Shown in pieces: positions 18,815-28,177 of a DNA stretch of 64,000 nt. The first letter of the stretch is position 1, and every line of letters starts with the position of its first letter. Under the pieces are notes generated by a model, which worked only from the letters and a program-made list of their open reading frames with translations, was not told the origin of the DNA and searched no databases. The stretch is from Rhizobium sp. Q54 (lineage in GTDB: Bacteria > Pseudomonadota > Alphaproteobacteria > Rickettsiales > UBA1997), in assembly GCA_945875865.1 (NCBI GenBank), contig CAMCMF010000001.1:1395-65394 (forward strand), given 5' to 3'. The translations under genes were made by a program, and so were the position numbers.

Positions 18815-20263
18815 TTAAACATTGGAGTTGTCAGTTACCGCCATCAACGAGACTCGGATCGGATTAACACCGCCAGCAATTTCAAGATTTTGAAAAAATA
18901 GAACGCCATTATCATTAAAGATTAGCCCCGTGCCTGTTACTCCAAAGCCATTGTTAGTTCCTACACTGGAAGCTCTTAAGCCAGAAACAGAAGGAGATGC
19001 AGCTGACGGAACTGATTGTAAATTTCCCCAAACTGTAAAACTTGAAAATCCAGCTCCTGTTGTTCCCATCTCAAGCTCAACTGTTGCAACATTGGCAACG
19101 GCTGGAAATGCTCCTGACACCGTACCAGTTGCACCAGCTTGTGATGTTGCCGAAACCAATACTTGTTCTCCGGCTGTGGCAGTCTTATTGATCCAAGTCC
19201 GGTTAATTAAGTTAAAAACAATGATGGCAGCGCTTCCATTGGTCTTAAAGAAACCAGGTAGTCTTCGGTATTTGGTGTAGCCAGCAGGAAGTGTTGGAGA
19301 AGTCGGCGAAGCAGAAGTTAAATAATCCGTAGCTCCACTGGTTGGGTTGTAAATCGTGTAAACATAGTACCAAGTATTGTTAGCAACAGTTCCGGCATCT
19401 AAAGAGCCATTTCCTGTTCCCGCTGCCCAAGAGGACATGGTTTTAGTTCCGCTGTAGGAATTTACAGCTTGTCCGGAACCATCTGAAAAGGTAAAAATCC
19501 CTGCATTTACATTGATGCTATTTCCTGAATTGTAGCTAAAAGTTGGAGCAGAGCCTATGTAAGATGCACCCTTGCTAGAATTTGATGCATACAAATCAGA
19601 CAAGCCCATTTGTCCTGGTGCTGTAAAGTATGGAACTTTTTTTGCTGCACCAACCAATCCAGCCAAAGCTACAAGATTTGCTGCAAATGCCTGTATATCA
19701 GTGCCAATTTTTAGACCAAGATTTTCTCTTGCCTCTTCAACATCTTCAACATCGGAAAGGTTTTCTGCTTTTGCTAATTTTTCTGATAAGAAAACAATAA
19801 CATTCGCATTAAAATTCGGATCGTTATTGAGATCTTCAAAAAGAATAATCTCAACCTGCGGGGCATTTGCAAAGCCCAGAATCATTCGGATATAGAGCCG
19901 TTTTCCTGAACCGATCGATGAGGTAGATTTTAAAGTTTCCGGATATTTTCCGATTGCAAAAAGTTGTCCTTCAGAATCAAAAATCCCAACTTCCCGAATT
20001 GTGAATGGTCCTATTTCTTCACTAATAACTCCTTCAACAATCAGCTGATTTGGATTATCGCCATCAATTGCTACATGAGTTAAAGTGGTGCGATATAATT
20101 CATGCGCTAGAGAAGTCTCAGTGCCATTCGGATTATAACTTGTGCCATTAGCATCTCCAACTGCGATGTGAGTTAATTCTATCAGCGACCCGCCAGGGCT
20201 ACTGGCGGCGGTTTGTTTAACCAGACCTGCATTTGTTATAATACTGTAATATTGCTGGGTCAT
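18815..20263 (-). CDS. gpH: tail fibre protein, paralogue 3 (distinct Gly/Ser/Thr-rich C-terminal domain)
   Basis: 482 aa. Same gpH-type N-terminus (MTQQYYSIITNAGL...). After ~aa 225 it is unrelated to the other three copies. Confidence 0.8.
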   Translation of the reverse strand: MTQQYYSIITNAGLVKQTAASSPGGSLIELTHIAVGDANGTSYNPNGTETSLAHELYRTTLTHVAIDGDNPNQLIVEGVISEEIGPFTIREVGIFDSEGQLFAIGKYPETLKSTSSIGSGKRLYIRMILGFANAPQVEIILFEDLNNDPNFNANVIVFLSEKLAKAENLSDVEDVEEARENLGLKIGTDIQAFAANLVALAGLVGAAKKVPYFTAPGQMGLSDLYASNSSKGASYIGSAPTFSYNSGNSINVNAGIFTFSDGSGQAVNSYSGTKTMSSWAAGTGNGSLDAGTVANNTWYYVYTIYNPTSGATDYLTSASPTSPTLPAGYTKYRRLPGFFKTNGSAAIIVFNLINRTWINKTATAGEQVLVSATSQAGATGTVSGAFPAVANVATVELEMGTTGAGFSSFTVWGNLQSVPSAASPSVSGLRASSVGTNNGFGVTGTGLIFNDNGVLFFQNLEIAGGVNPIRVSLMAVTDNSNV

Positions 20264-20280
20264 TGACCATTGGCATTTCG

Positions 20281-20835
20281 TTATGTTTCAAGATTAATTG
20301 CTTCGATTTCTTCTTGGCTTTGCGCGCTATTTATTTCAGCTTCAAGCATGCTGCTGAGTTTGTAATTATTGTTATTTCTTTCGGTTATTCTTTGGCGTAA
20401 AGAGGTTGCCAGTTCAGCAGTAAGTTGAATTGTGAGCTGATTTCCAGCGGGGTCTTTGGTAAAATATGGTATCGTTCCTAAATCCATAGCTCTTGAAATG
20501 ATTGAGTCTGGATCGGAAGCGGGATTTGTTGGATGACGATTTGTGTAAAATACAAAAAACGATTCCTGTTCCGATACATTGCCTTCTGCATCAATAACAA
20601 ATCCTTGATAATCGCCAATCGGTTCAATGTTTTTCTGATCGCGGATTGATTTAATTTTTGCTATTTTTTCTAGCTTTGCTTTCGCCAACACATCTTCTTG
20701 TTCAACAATCCCGCCATTTTCAATCCATTGTTGGATTTTCTGATAATCAGAATTTTCAGAATTTTTTGGAACAGAAATGCAGTTGTTAACAATGTAACAA
20801 TACTGCATCTCTTTAACTGTTTCTATCGTTGTCAT
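20281..20835 (-). CDS. putative tail fibre assembly/chaperone protein, paralogue 1
   Basis: Start set at the internal ATG 20835, which forms an ATGA overlap with the stop of the upstream fibre gene. Paralogue of 18303..18809. Confidence 0.45.
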   Translation of the reverse strand: MTTIETVKEMQYCYIVNNCISVPKNSENSDYQKIQQWIENGGIVEQEDVLAKAKLEKIAKIKSIRDQKNIEPIGDYQGFVIDAEGNVSEQESFFVFYTNRHPTNPASDPDSIISRAMDLGTIPYFTKDPAGNQLTIQLTAELATSLRQRITERNNNNYKLSSMLEAEINSAQSQEEIEAINLET

Positions 20836-22535
20836 AATTCTGCATTTAAAGTTAAACAATTTGAGTTGTTCTCAACGGTGGGGCATGAGCAAGCAATGCT
20901 GTTTGTTTGTCCTGAAGTATTAAAATTTCCTACTGTTACATAGCATGAATCATTGCTTCCATATGCTGCAGTTATCAGTGGCGAAGATTGCGCAGTATTA
21001 AATCCAGTTCCATTTTGAGCATTAAGAATACCAGTTTGTCCTATTGTGGGTATCGTTCTCATCTGCTGTCTGAAATTTGCTTTAATAGCTATAGTTCCCG
21101 CAGAGGCATGAATATTTGATATGAACGATGAGCCAGAATAAACGAACTGATAATACCTCTGGCACAGCATTAATTCATGCTGGAAAGACCTTTGTTCAAA
21201 AGGAGTGGCAATTGATCCTGCTTCTAGTTGAACCCCGCACAATCTGAAATTATTAGATGCGCTGTCACAGGCATTAACCTGATTTGAGGTGGCAAAATAA
21301 TTAGCATTTTGCCATGCATCCGCTGTTGCCTGATAAGAAGAACCGGCGGCAAGACATATACTGACTCTTATTCCTATGCCGTTGGTAAAATCCCATGTTC
21401 CTGATGCAGGACTTGCTGGAAAAGTTATCGTTTTATATTCCCAAGTATCAGAGGCATTAATTGTGAATTCTTTTACTATCGATTTGTCGAAGGGCGAACC
21501 ATTACCAAGAGAAGCGCAATATTTGCCAGTTTTTGTAGCCTTAATCCAAAATGATAAGGTAACTGGTTTCTGCGCCAAAGGCAGCCAATTGTAGCCTTCG
21601 ACTCTTTGCTGTATTACACAAAAATCAGATGATCCAATTGAGGAATCTATGGTTTGGCAATCTATCAGCAGTGAGTAATTAAATAATCTTCCCGCCTGAG
21701 CTAAAGACGGAACATCAGTTGAACGACTGATGTCATGAACCATCGTGCCGCTTTTGTAGTAAGTCCATCTGTCGGCACAGTAAGCACCATCTGCAAAGTT
21801 GGTAAAGGAAGTGTTTCTTTGCCAAATATTGAAATCGCCATTGATGATGACATTTTTGTTTGAAAACAAATCTGTCAAACCCATCTGGCCAGCGCCAGTA
21901 AAGTAAGGAAGTTTATTGTTAGCTCCAACCAATGCCGCAAGTGCAGCAAGATTTGCCGCAAAAGCCTGCACATTCACACCAATTGCTAATCCAAGATTTG
22001 CGCGAGCTTCTTCTTCATCTTCAACATCAGACAGATTAGCTGCCTTGGCGAGTTTTTGTGCTAAAGCAGCAAAAACATTTTCAGAAAAATTTGGATCATA
22101 ATTCAGATTTTCAGACTGAACGAGATTGACCTGTGGAGTGCTGGCAAAGCCAAGAATCATCCGCACATACAATCTTTTTCCTGAACCACTTGGAAGATTT
22201 GCTTTGAATGTTTCGGGGAATTTTCCGATGGCAAAAAGATTACCATCACTATCAAAAATTCCTACCTCGCGCACATAAAACGGACCGACAGTTTCATCAA
22301 TAATTGCTTCAACAATTACTTGGTTTGGATTGCTTTCGTCAATTTCAACATAAGTTAAAGTTGTTCTATAGCGTTCATTTTGCAGAGCTGTTGCAGTTGC
22401 AATCGGATTGTATGAAGTGCCGTTTGAATCTCCAACCGCAAGATGGGTTAGATCAATCGGATCTCCACCAAGGCTTGCAGCAGCGTGTTTTGTCAAGCCG
22501 CTGTTGGTTATAATGCTGTAATATTCTTGGGTCAT
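20832..22535 (-). CDS. gpH: tail fibre protein, paralogue 2
   Basis: 567 aa. N-terminus closest to paralogue 4 (MTQEYYSIITN.GL.K.AAASLGG.PIDLTHLA.GDSNGTSYNP). Shares the C-terminal domain family with paralogues 1 and 4. Confidence 0.8.
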   Translation of the reverse strand: MTQEYYSIITNSGLTKHAAASLGGDPIDLTHLAVGDSNGTSYNPIATATALQNERYRTTLTYVEIDESNPNQVIVEAIIDETVGPFYVREVGIFDSDGNLFAIGKFPETFKANLPSGSGKRLYVRMILGFASTPQVNLVQSENLNYDPNFSENVFAALAQKLAKAANLSDVEDEEEARANLGLAIGVNVQAFAANLAALAALVGANNKLPYFTGAGQMGLTDLFSNKNVIINGDFNIWQRNTSFTNFADGAYCADRWTYYKSGTMVHDISRSTDVPSLAQAGRLFNYSLLIDCQTIDSSIGSSDFCVIQQRVEGYNWLPLAQKPVTLSFWIKATKTGKYCASLGNGSPFDKSIVKEFTINASDTWEYKTITFPASPASGTWDFTNGIGIRVSICLAAGSSYQATADAWQNANYFATSNQVNACDSASNNFRLCGVQLEAGSIATPFEQRSFQHELMLCQRYYQFVYSGSSFISNIHASAGTIAIKANFRQQMRTIPTIGQTGILNAQNGTGFNTAQSSPLITAAYGSNDSCYVTVGNFNTSGQTNSIACSCPTVENNSNCLTLNAEL

Positions 22536-22560
22536 TGATCACTAATCAGTGATTTTTTTG

Positions 22561-24255
22561 TTAAAGTTCACAATCAGCAACATAATGCCATGATAGCTTT
22601 TGAGCATTTGATAAAGCGCCTTTAGCAAGATTGTATCCACTTTCTCCTATAAAAAATGCTCCTAAACCTGTATTAGTTCCAGCGCTGTCATTTCTTGCTT
22701 CACCTGCAGCTCCAGTTACGGGATTGTAGTTTGTAACAGAAGGAATGGTTCTTTTTCTAACCTTAAAAGGGACATTGATGTCTATATCGCTACCTATTGC
22801 TCTTGAGGAAATAAAACCATTAGTGGTGGATGCTGTTCCGGCAACAGTTCCAAGATCATAACTTTTTTCATAATATCTTTGGCATAGGGCTAACTCATTT
22901 TGAAAAAGTCGATGCTCAAATGATGTAGCAACACTTCCCGCTTCTAATTGAATTCCACAAATCCTGAAATTATTCGAAGTGCTATCGTAATGATTGATTT
23001 GATTTGCTGATCCGTAGTATTCTCCATTCGAATAAACACCAGCAGTAGCTTGATAAGTAGAGCCACAAATCAGAGTGAATCCAACTCTTGCTCCAATGCC
23101 ATTTGTGTAATTCCAGTTTCCATCTGAAGGAGATGCAGGAAATGTAATAACCTTAAATTCCCATGTGTCGCTTGCGTTTATTGCAAATTCTTTAACGCAT
23201 GTTCTGTCGTTGCCATTGTTGGTTATAAAAATACAAGAAGTGCCAACCTTTGTTGATTTAACCCAAAATGAGAGGGTGATTTGCTTCTGAGCTAAGTTTG
23301 CAAAATTATAGCCTTCGATTCTTTGTTCAATGAAGGCAACATCACCAGCAGCTACAGAGTTATCTGCAGTTTGACAATCAACTAAAAGTGAGTAGTTAAA
23401 TATTCTTCCAGCTTGAGCAAAAGTTGGAACATCAGTTGATCGACTAATGTCGATAACCCCCGAAGTTCCAGCTTTGCCAAACCTCCATCGATCAGCAGAA
23501 TATCCGCTGGCTATACTGACAAAAGAAGTTCCGTATTGCCAGATATGGAAGTTGCCATTGATGATTGCATTTTTGTTAGAAAATAAATCTGCCAATCCCA
23601 TCTGACCGGAGCCAGTGAAATAAGGAATTTTTTTTGCTGCACCAGTTAGACCCGCTAGAGCTGCAAGATTTGCAGCGAATGCTTGAACATTAACACCAAT
23701 TTCCAAACCTAGATTAGCTCTAGCTTCTTCTTCATCTTCAACATCCGAAAGATTTGCTGCCTTGGCTAATTTTTGCGCCAAAGAAATCAGAACATTGGCG
23801 TTAAAATTTGGATCGTTATTAAGATCTTCTGACATAACCAGATTGACCTGCGGGGCATTTGTGAACCCCAAAATCATTCTGATATAAAGTCTTTTTCCTG
23901 AACCGCTTTCCGAAGTGGATTTGTAAGTTTCAGGATATTTGCCAATTGCAAAAAGCTGACCTTCTGAGTCGAAAATTCCAACTTCGCGAATATAGAACGG
24001 TCCAATTTCTTCGTTGATTACTCCTTCAACGATTAACTGATTTGAGTTATTTTCATCAATCGCAACGTGAGTTAAAGTGGTGCGATAAACTTCATGTACC
24101 AAAGCAGTTTGTGCGCCAGTCGGATTGTAGCTTGTGCCGTTAGCATCGCCAACCGCAATGTGCGTTAAATCTATTGCCGATCCTCCTGGTGCATTTGCTT
24201 CCGCTTCTTTCAACAGACCATTATTTGTGATAAGGCTGTAGTATTGTTGCGTCAT
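22561..24255 (-). CDS. gpH: tail fibre protein, paralogue 1
   Basis: 564 aa. N-terminus closest to paralogue 3 (MTQQYYS.ITN.GL...). Overlaps the gpI stop by 4 nt. Confidence 0.8.
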   Translation of the reverse strand: MTQQYYSLITNNGLLKEAEANAPGGSAIDLTHIAVGDANGTSYNPTGAQTALVHEVYRTTLTHVAIDENNSNQLIVEGVINEEIGPFYIREVGIFDSEGQLFAIGKYPETYKSTSESGSGKRLYIRMILGFTNAPQVNLVMSEDLNNDPNFNANVLISLAQKLAKAANLSDVEDEEEARANLGLEIGVNVQAFAANLAALAGLTGAAKKIPYFTGSGQMGLADLFSNKNAIINGNFHIWQYGTSFVSIASGYSADRWRFGKAGTSGVIDISRSTDVPTFAQAGRIFNYSLLVDCQTADNSVAAGDVAFIEQRIEGYNFANLAQKQITLSFWVKSTKVGTSCIFITNNGNDRTCVKEFAINASDTWEFKVITFPASPSDGNWNYTNGIGARVGFTLICGSTYQATAGVYSNGEYYGSANQINHYDSTSNNFRICGIQLEAGSVATSFEHRLFQNELALCQRYYEKSYDLGTVAGTASTTNGFISSRAIGSDIDINVPFKVRKRTIPSVTNYNPVTGAAGEARNDSAGTNTGLGAFFIGESGYNLAKGALSNAQKLSWHYVADCEL

Positions 24256-24899
24256 GTTAGAGGATAGATCGTAGTAATTTCTTTAGTGATAAAAAATGTT
24301 CCCAAAGTTGGTGCGGGAGATTCGTTTTCTAGTTCATCATCATGATCAAAAATAACCGGATTCAGAGCGGTAACTTCTTTTGAAATAATAAGACTTCCAA
24401 TGCTTATCAAACCCATCTCTGCTGATAAATAGGCTCTCAGGCTTTCAAGATGCGATCTGGCGTTCTTGGTGCTCTCAATAACTTTTTGAACCTGTGGCAA
24501 AATATTCACATCAAAGCCAGGTTCTCTGACATCAAAAAACACTCTGAAAAAATATGGGTCATCACCATATTCAAACCATTCTTCAACTTTGACATTCGTG
24601 TAGTTGAAGGCTTGTAATGCTTTCTTTAAAGCTCCGATTGTTCCTTTTTTTCTATGAACCTCAACACTTGCTTTGATTACATTTCTGCGAACTTGCTCTG
24701 ACCAGCTATCGCTCCAATCATCAACTGATAAAGCCCAAGCAAGCCACGGCAGAATATGAACTGGCGCAAGATCAGGATTTACCACATAACGATTTAGCGT
24801 TGGCAGATCAAAAGAATCGCCAAATACACTTTCCAAATCTCTCAGCAATTGGCTCGCATTTGGCGGCAATAAGGATTGATTAATTTCGTCACTCATCAA
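24252..24899 (-). CDS. gpI: baseplate/tail protein I (P2 gpI-like)
   Basis: LLPPNASQLLRDLE...ILPWLAWALSVDDWSDSW...HRKKGTIGAL aligns with P2 gpI from memory. Confidence 0.8.
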   Translation of the reverse strand: MMSDEINQSLLPPNASQLLRDLESVFGDSFDLPTLNRYVVNPDLAPVHILPWLAWALSVDDWSDSWSEQVRRNVIKASVEVHRKKGTIGALKKALQAFNYTNVKVEEWFEYGDDPYFFRVFFDVREPGFDVNILPQVQKVIESTKNARSHLESLRAYLSAEMGLISIGSLIISKEVTALNPVIFDHDDELENESPAPTLGTFFITKEITTIYPLT

Positions 24900-25737
24900 C
24901 TACGATCGAGATTGTTTTACTGTTGCAATAAGCTGCTTGTTCATCGGTTGTCACAACATCGGATGTTGGATGAATAAGCTGAACTTTCTTTACGCCATCA
25001 ACATGAAGAGCGTCATAAATTCCAGACACTGCCACCAATTTTTCAATTGCATGTCTTTCATCTAAAAATTTATCCAGAGCAGCTCGTGCTTCTGTTTCAA
25101 CCACTGCGGAAGATGGTCCCGAATAAACTGTGATTACTGCTTCAACTGCGTAATTAACTATTGCAGCGCTTTGCACGGAAACCTGATCGGTAAGCGGCCT
25201 AACATCTTCCTCACTTAATTTTTCTAAAACGGCATCAATCAACTCTTCCGAGGCAACCCCATTTCCGGTTTTAGAAAGAATTGTCACCAACACTTCACCA
25301 GGATTCGGGCTTTTAACCGAAACTGATTTGATGTCGCTTGATGCAGAAAGTGCATGAAATGTGTAAGCACCAACTGATCCAGCATTGGTAAATGCTTCTG
25401 GCGCAAGCTGGATTCTTTGTCTTAACTGATCATCGCTTTCACCTTCAAGTTTTTGCACACCAAGAGGAGCACCTAAATTTTCTAGGTCGCTTCCAGTTGC
25501 ATAAGCGAGCATTGTTGCTTTTGCTGCTTCATTGATGCGATTGCGTAGAAGCAATTCGCGATAAGCGCAAACCTCCAACATGATCATTGCCGGATCACTC
25601 TCAAGCAATGTTGAGTAAGTTGGATTTTTTTCTAAAAAATCACTTAAAATATCCTGAAAAATTTCTTCATAACTTAAGCTCTCAATCACCTTCGGTGCAG
25701 GTAATTTTGATAAATCAATTGCGGTAAAATTTCCCAT
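24889..25737 (-). CDS. gpJ: baseplate protein J (P2 gpJ-like)
   Basis: 282 aa between gpW and gpI. N-terminus DLSKLPAPKVIE.LSYEEI is typical of baseplate J. Confidence 0.8.
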   Translation of the reverse strand: MGNFTAIDLSKLPAPKVIESLSYEEIFQDILSDFLEKNPTYSTLLESDPAMIMLEVCAYRELLLRNRINEAAKATMLAYATGSDLENLGAPLGVQKLEGESDDQLRQRIQLAPEAFTNAGSVGAYTFHALSASSDIKSVSVKSPNPGEVLVTILSKTGNGVASEELIDAVLEKLSEEDVRPLTDQVSVQSAAIVNYAVEAVITVYSGPSSAVVETEARAALDKFLDERHAIEKLVAVSGIYDALHVDGVKKVQLIHPTSDVVTTDEQAAYCNSKTISIVVDE

Positions 25738-26072
25738 CAGCTGCTGGTAATCGAAATATTTTCTAAAACTATTTTTTGTCCGTCTTTTACAAAACTGCCT
25801 TCAAGATCGATGACGATTTTTCCTTTATCGATGCTTTGCAGAGTTACTTGCTCAACTTCAAAGCGTGGCTCCCAAGTTGAAATTGCCTCAACAATGTCTG
25901 AGTAAATTTCTGCAATCAGTTCGCCGTTAATTGGTTGATCAATTCTTTCAAAAAGTCGTGAACCATAATCTCGGCGCATCACTCTTGAACCAATTGGCGT
26001 GCTCAAAATATTTGCAATCGACTGCTTGATGTGTGCGATCTCTGAAATTGTTTTGCCGGTATTTACATTCAT
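25737..26072 (-). CDS. gpW: baseplate wedge protein (P2 gpW / GPW_gp25-like)
   Basis: Start set at the internal ATG 26072 (ATGA overlap with the gpV stop). IKQSIANILSTPIGSRVMRRDYGSRL is the gp25/gpW signature. Confidence 0.8.
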   Translation of the reverse strand: MNVNTGKTISEIAHIKQSIANILSTPIGSRVMRRDYGSRLFERIDQPINGELIAEIYSDIVEAISTWEPRFEVEQVTLQSIDKGKIVIDLEGSFVKDGQKIVLENISITSS

Positions 26073-26641
26073 GTTGCTTTGACTTTGCTTGATCCGCCAA
26101 TGATCGGCCATTCACCAGCAGAAGAGCCGGAATCAATTTTTACTTTATCGCCAACTCGCGCGACTGCATTTCCACCGCTGCCGCCAAGATCAACATTTCC
26201 TTTTAGAGTGATATTTGCGGCTTCAATTTGTGCGTTTCCTGCAACTTTGATATTGGCGCTGCCTTTGATATCGAGAGTCAAATTTCCACCAGCACGATCG
26301 AAGGAAATTTTCGAACCATCGGCAAAAGTTATACTTTGAATATTGCCGGAATTTTCGGGAGCTGATCCGCGATAAAGTGATGGAAAAATCACTCCCTGAT
26401 TTAACTCTCCACAAGGAGATAAAATCATCACTTGCTCGTCAATTTCGGGGGGATTCCAGTCTTTGTTGTTGCCACTGTTTGAAGTAATCCATGGCAACCA
26501 ATCGGTTTCAAGATCACCGATTTTTACTCGTGCTTTTGCTGTTTCATAATTGATGGCAAATATCTGTCCTAAACGAATGATATTTGCGAGTCTTCGTGCA
26601 AGATCGTTTAAATTAAATCCGTCTTTTTCATCGAAGTTCAT
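26069..26641 (-). CDS. gpV: baseplate assembly/spike protein V (P2 gpV-like)
   Basis: 190 aa. Has an OB-fold-type N-terminus (RLGQIFAINYETAKARVKIGDLETDWLPW) and a beta-helical C-terminus. Confidence 0.8.
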   Translation of the reverse strand: MNFDEKDGFNLNDLARRLANIIRLGQIFAINYETAKARVKIGDLETDWLPWITSNSGNNKDWNPPEIDEQVMILSPCGELNQGVIFPSLYRGSAPENSGNIQSITFADGSKISFDRAGGNLTLDIKGSANIKVAGNAQIEAANITLKGNVDLGGSGGNAVARVGDKVKIDSGSSAGEWPIIGGSSKVKAT

Positions 26642-26862
26642 TGATCATTTTTCTTGGATTTTTTGTTTCCTTTGTCGCTGTTTTTTTCTTCAGAATTTTC
26701 TTCAGTTTTTTCTGCTACGGCATCATCTTTTTTGCGGTGAATTTTTAACGCTTTTCCGTTAGTTAAAAAGTTGATTGCCTGCTTTTCTTCAAGATCAACG
26801 ATCTGTCCTTTTTTGTAGTCTTGATGGTCAGTGACCATTTGAATTTTTACTAATTTGCTCAT
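26638..26862 (-). CDS. hypothetical small protein with Lys/Glu-rich tail
   Basis: 74-aa ORF, translationally coupled on both sides. Confidence 0.4.
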   Translation of the reverse strand: MSKLVKIQMVTDHQDYKKGQIVDLEEKQAINFLTNGKALKIHRKKDDAVAEKTEENSEEKNSDKGNKKSKKNDQ

Positions 26863-27359
26863 GGGAAATTTGCCTCAATTTCAGTTGGTATTGTTCCTGA
26901 ATTATCAGGTTCTTTGCTTGTTGTGTAATAGGTAATCGTGTAGGTAAGCCTTATAGCGCCATAGATTTTGCTGCCATCAATAGAGATATCGATTTCGGTA
27001 GATTTCAATTTCAAAACATCTGCTTTTCTTGTCGGCATTTCCCAGCCATCAAAAGCATTTTCAATTTGCTCGGCGATTTTATCGAGGGCGGTATCAACTT
27101 CTTCATTGCCTAAAACTACAGCTTCGAAAGCTATATCTAATTCTCTTTTTGTCGGACCAAAACCATCACTCGCAAATCTTTCTTCAATGACATTTTCATT
27201 TCGCGCATAAACTAAAATCGCCGGCAGAAACTGATCAAATAAAGGCTTCGATCTGCTGCCGTAAATTTTGTCTCCTGCATCGGTTAGAAAAACATCATCG
27301 ACTTTTGTCTTCAATCTATCGACCAAAGCATCTCTAATCGCTGTTCGCGGGTGACTCAT
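26859..27359 (-). CDS. putative neck/tail-completion protein
   Basis: 166 aa. Called from its position between the head-tail joining gene and the baseplate genes. No firm motif. Confidence 0.4.
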   Translation of the reverse strand: MSHPRTAIRDALVDRLKTKVDDVFLTDAGDKIYGSRSKPLFDQFLPAILVYARNENVIEERFASDGFGPTKRELDIAFEAVVLGNEEVDTALDKIAEQIENAFDGWEMPTRKADVLKLKSTEIDISIDGSKIYGAIRLTYTITYYTTSKEPDNSGTIPTEIEANFP

Positions 27360-27675
27360 GTAAAATTAATTTTTTGCTTCCTGGTATGTGCTGCTGAATG
27401 TCGATGATTTGATATCGGATGTTTTCCACTTCGACAAAATCGCCTTGATTTGCTTTGGGATAATCTGGTGGCATCGAAACATCACGGACGAATAAAACGA
27501 TTTCGTTAGAGCTGATTTCCACTTCAGAAGAGTCAGCTTTTACGCCTTTGTAATCCTTGTGAAAATCACCTTTGATTACAAAGGAATCGAAATCGTTATT
27601 CGCCGGAATGTAAGTTGTTTCTCGTCCAAAAATTTCAACGCAGGGCTTATTGATAAAGTTGTCGAAATCTAACAT
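27334..27675 (-). CDS. putative head-tail joining (attachment) protein
   Basis: 113 aa. Pattern ...F.G...Y.....V.GDF....GDFVEV.N..Y.I.D resembles the phage head-tail attachment family. Low certainty. Confidence 0.4.
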   Translation of the reverse strand: MLDFDNFINKPCVEIFGRETTYIPANNDFDSFVIKGDFHKDYKGVKADSSEVEISSNEIVLFVRDVSMPPDYPKANQGDFVEVENIRYQIIDIQQHIPGSKKLILHESPANSD

Positions 27676-27684
27676 TGATCTTCT

Positions 27685-28164
27685 TTAAGCACCATTATTC
27701 GCGCTGTTCTCAGATTGTTTTGTCTCTGAATTTTTCTCGTCTTCGTTTGTGCTATCATCAGATTCATTTTTCTTCGAAAGTTCCGTAAATATTTTTTCAG
27801 CTTCATCTTTTTTAATCGGTTTTGGAGTTAATAAATTTTTCTCCGCATCGTAGACATTGTATTTGCCAAAGCCTGTGTGCTGGATGCAGGGATATTCTGT
27901 CGGTACTTCAATTTTATTGCTGTTGCCGTCAGGTTTTTTGTCAGAAATTTCTTTGAGATTTTCCAAAAGAGATTTTGTCAAAGACTCCGGCGAGATGGTG
28001 ATTTTCTCGCCGCGTTTGAATTGCACTGGTTCAACAACTTCAAAAATGTCTTTGGTTTTCTTTTTTAAAGAAGTGGCACGGCTCTCAACCTGACTTTCAG
28101 AAAGTTTTAGTTCAGTGCCGATACCAAAAGTTATATGCTTTCCGATTACTTCATAAGTTTGCAT
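27685..28164 (-). CDS. hypothetical phage protein with acidic C-terminal tail
   Basis: 159-aa ORF directly downstream of the capsid gene. Confidence 0.4.
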   Translation of the reverse strand: MQTYEVIGKHITFGIGTELKLSESQVESRATSLKKKTKDIFEVVEPVQFKRGEKITISPESLTKSLLENLKEISDKKPDGNSNKIEVPTEYPCIQHTGFGKYNVYDAEKNLLTPKPIKKDEAEKIFTELSKKNESDDSTNEDEKNSETKQSENSANNGA

Positions 28165-28177
28165 GATTCACCTCCAT

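Noticed and set aside
16606-24255. Tail-fibre array as a shufflon, invertible cassette or DGR target
   Set aside because: All copies are in the same orientation with their own starts. There is no invertase, no inverted crossover sites and no reverse transcriptase or template repeat nearby. Nucleotide identity between copies is only moderate by eye.
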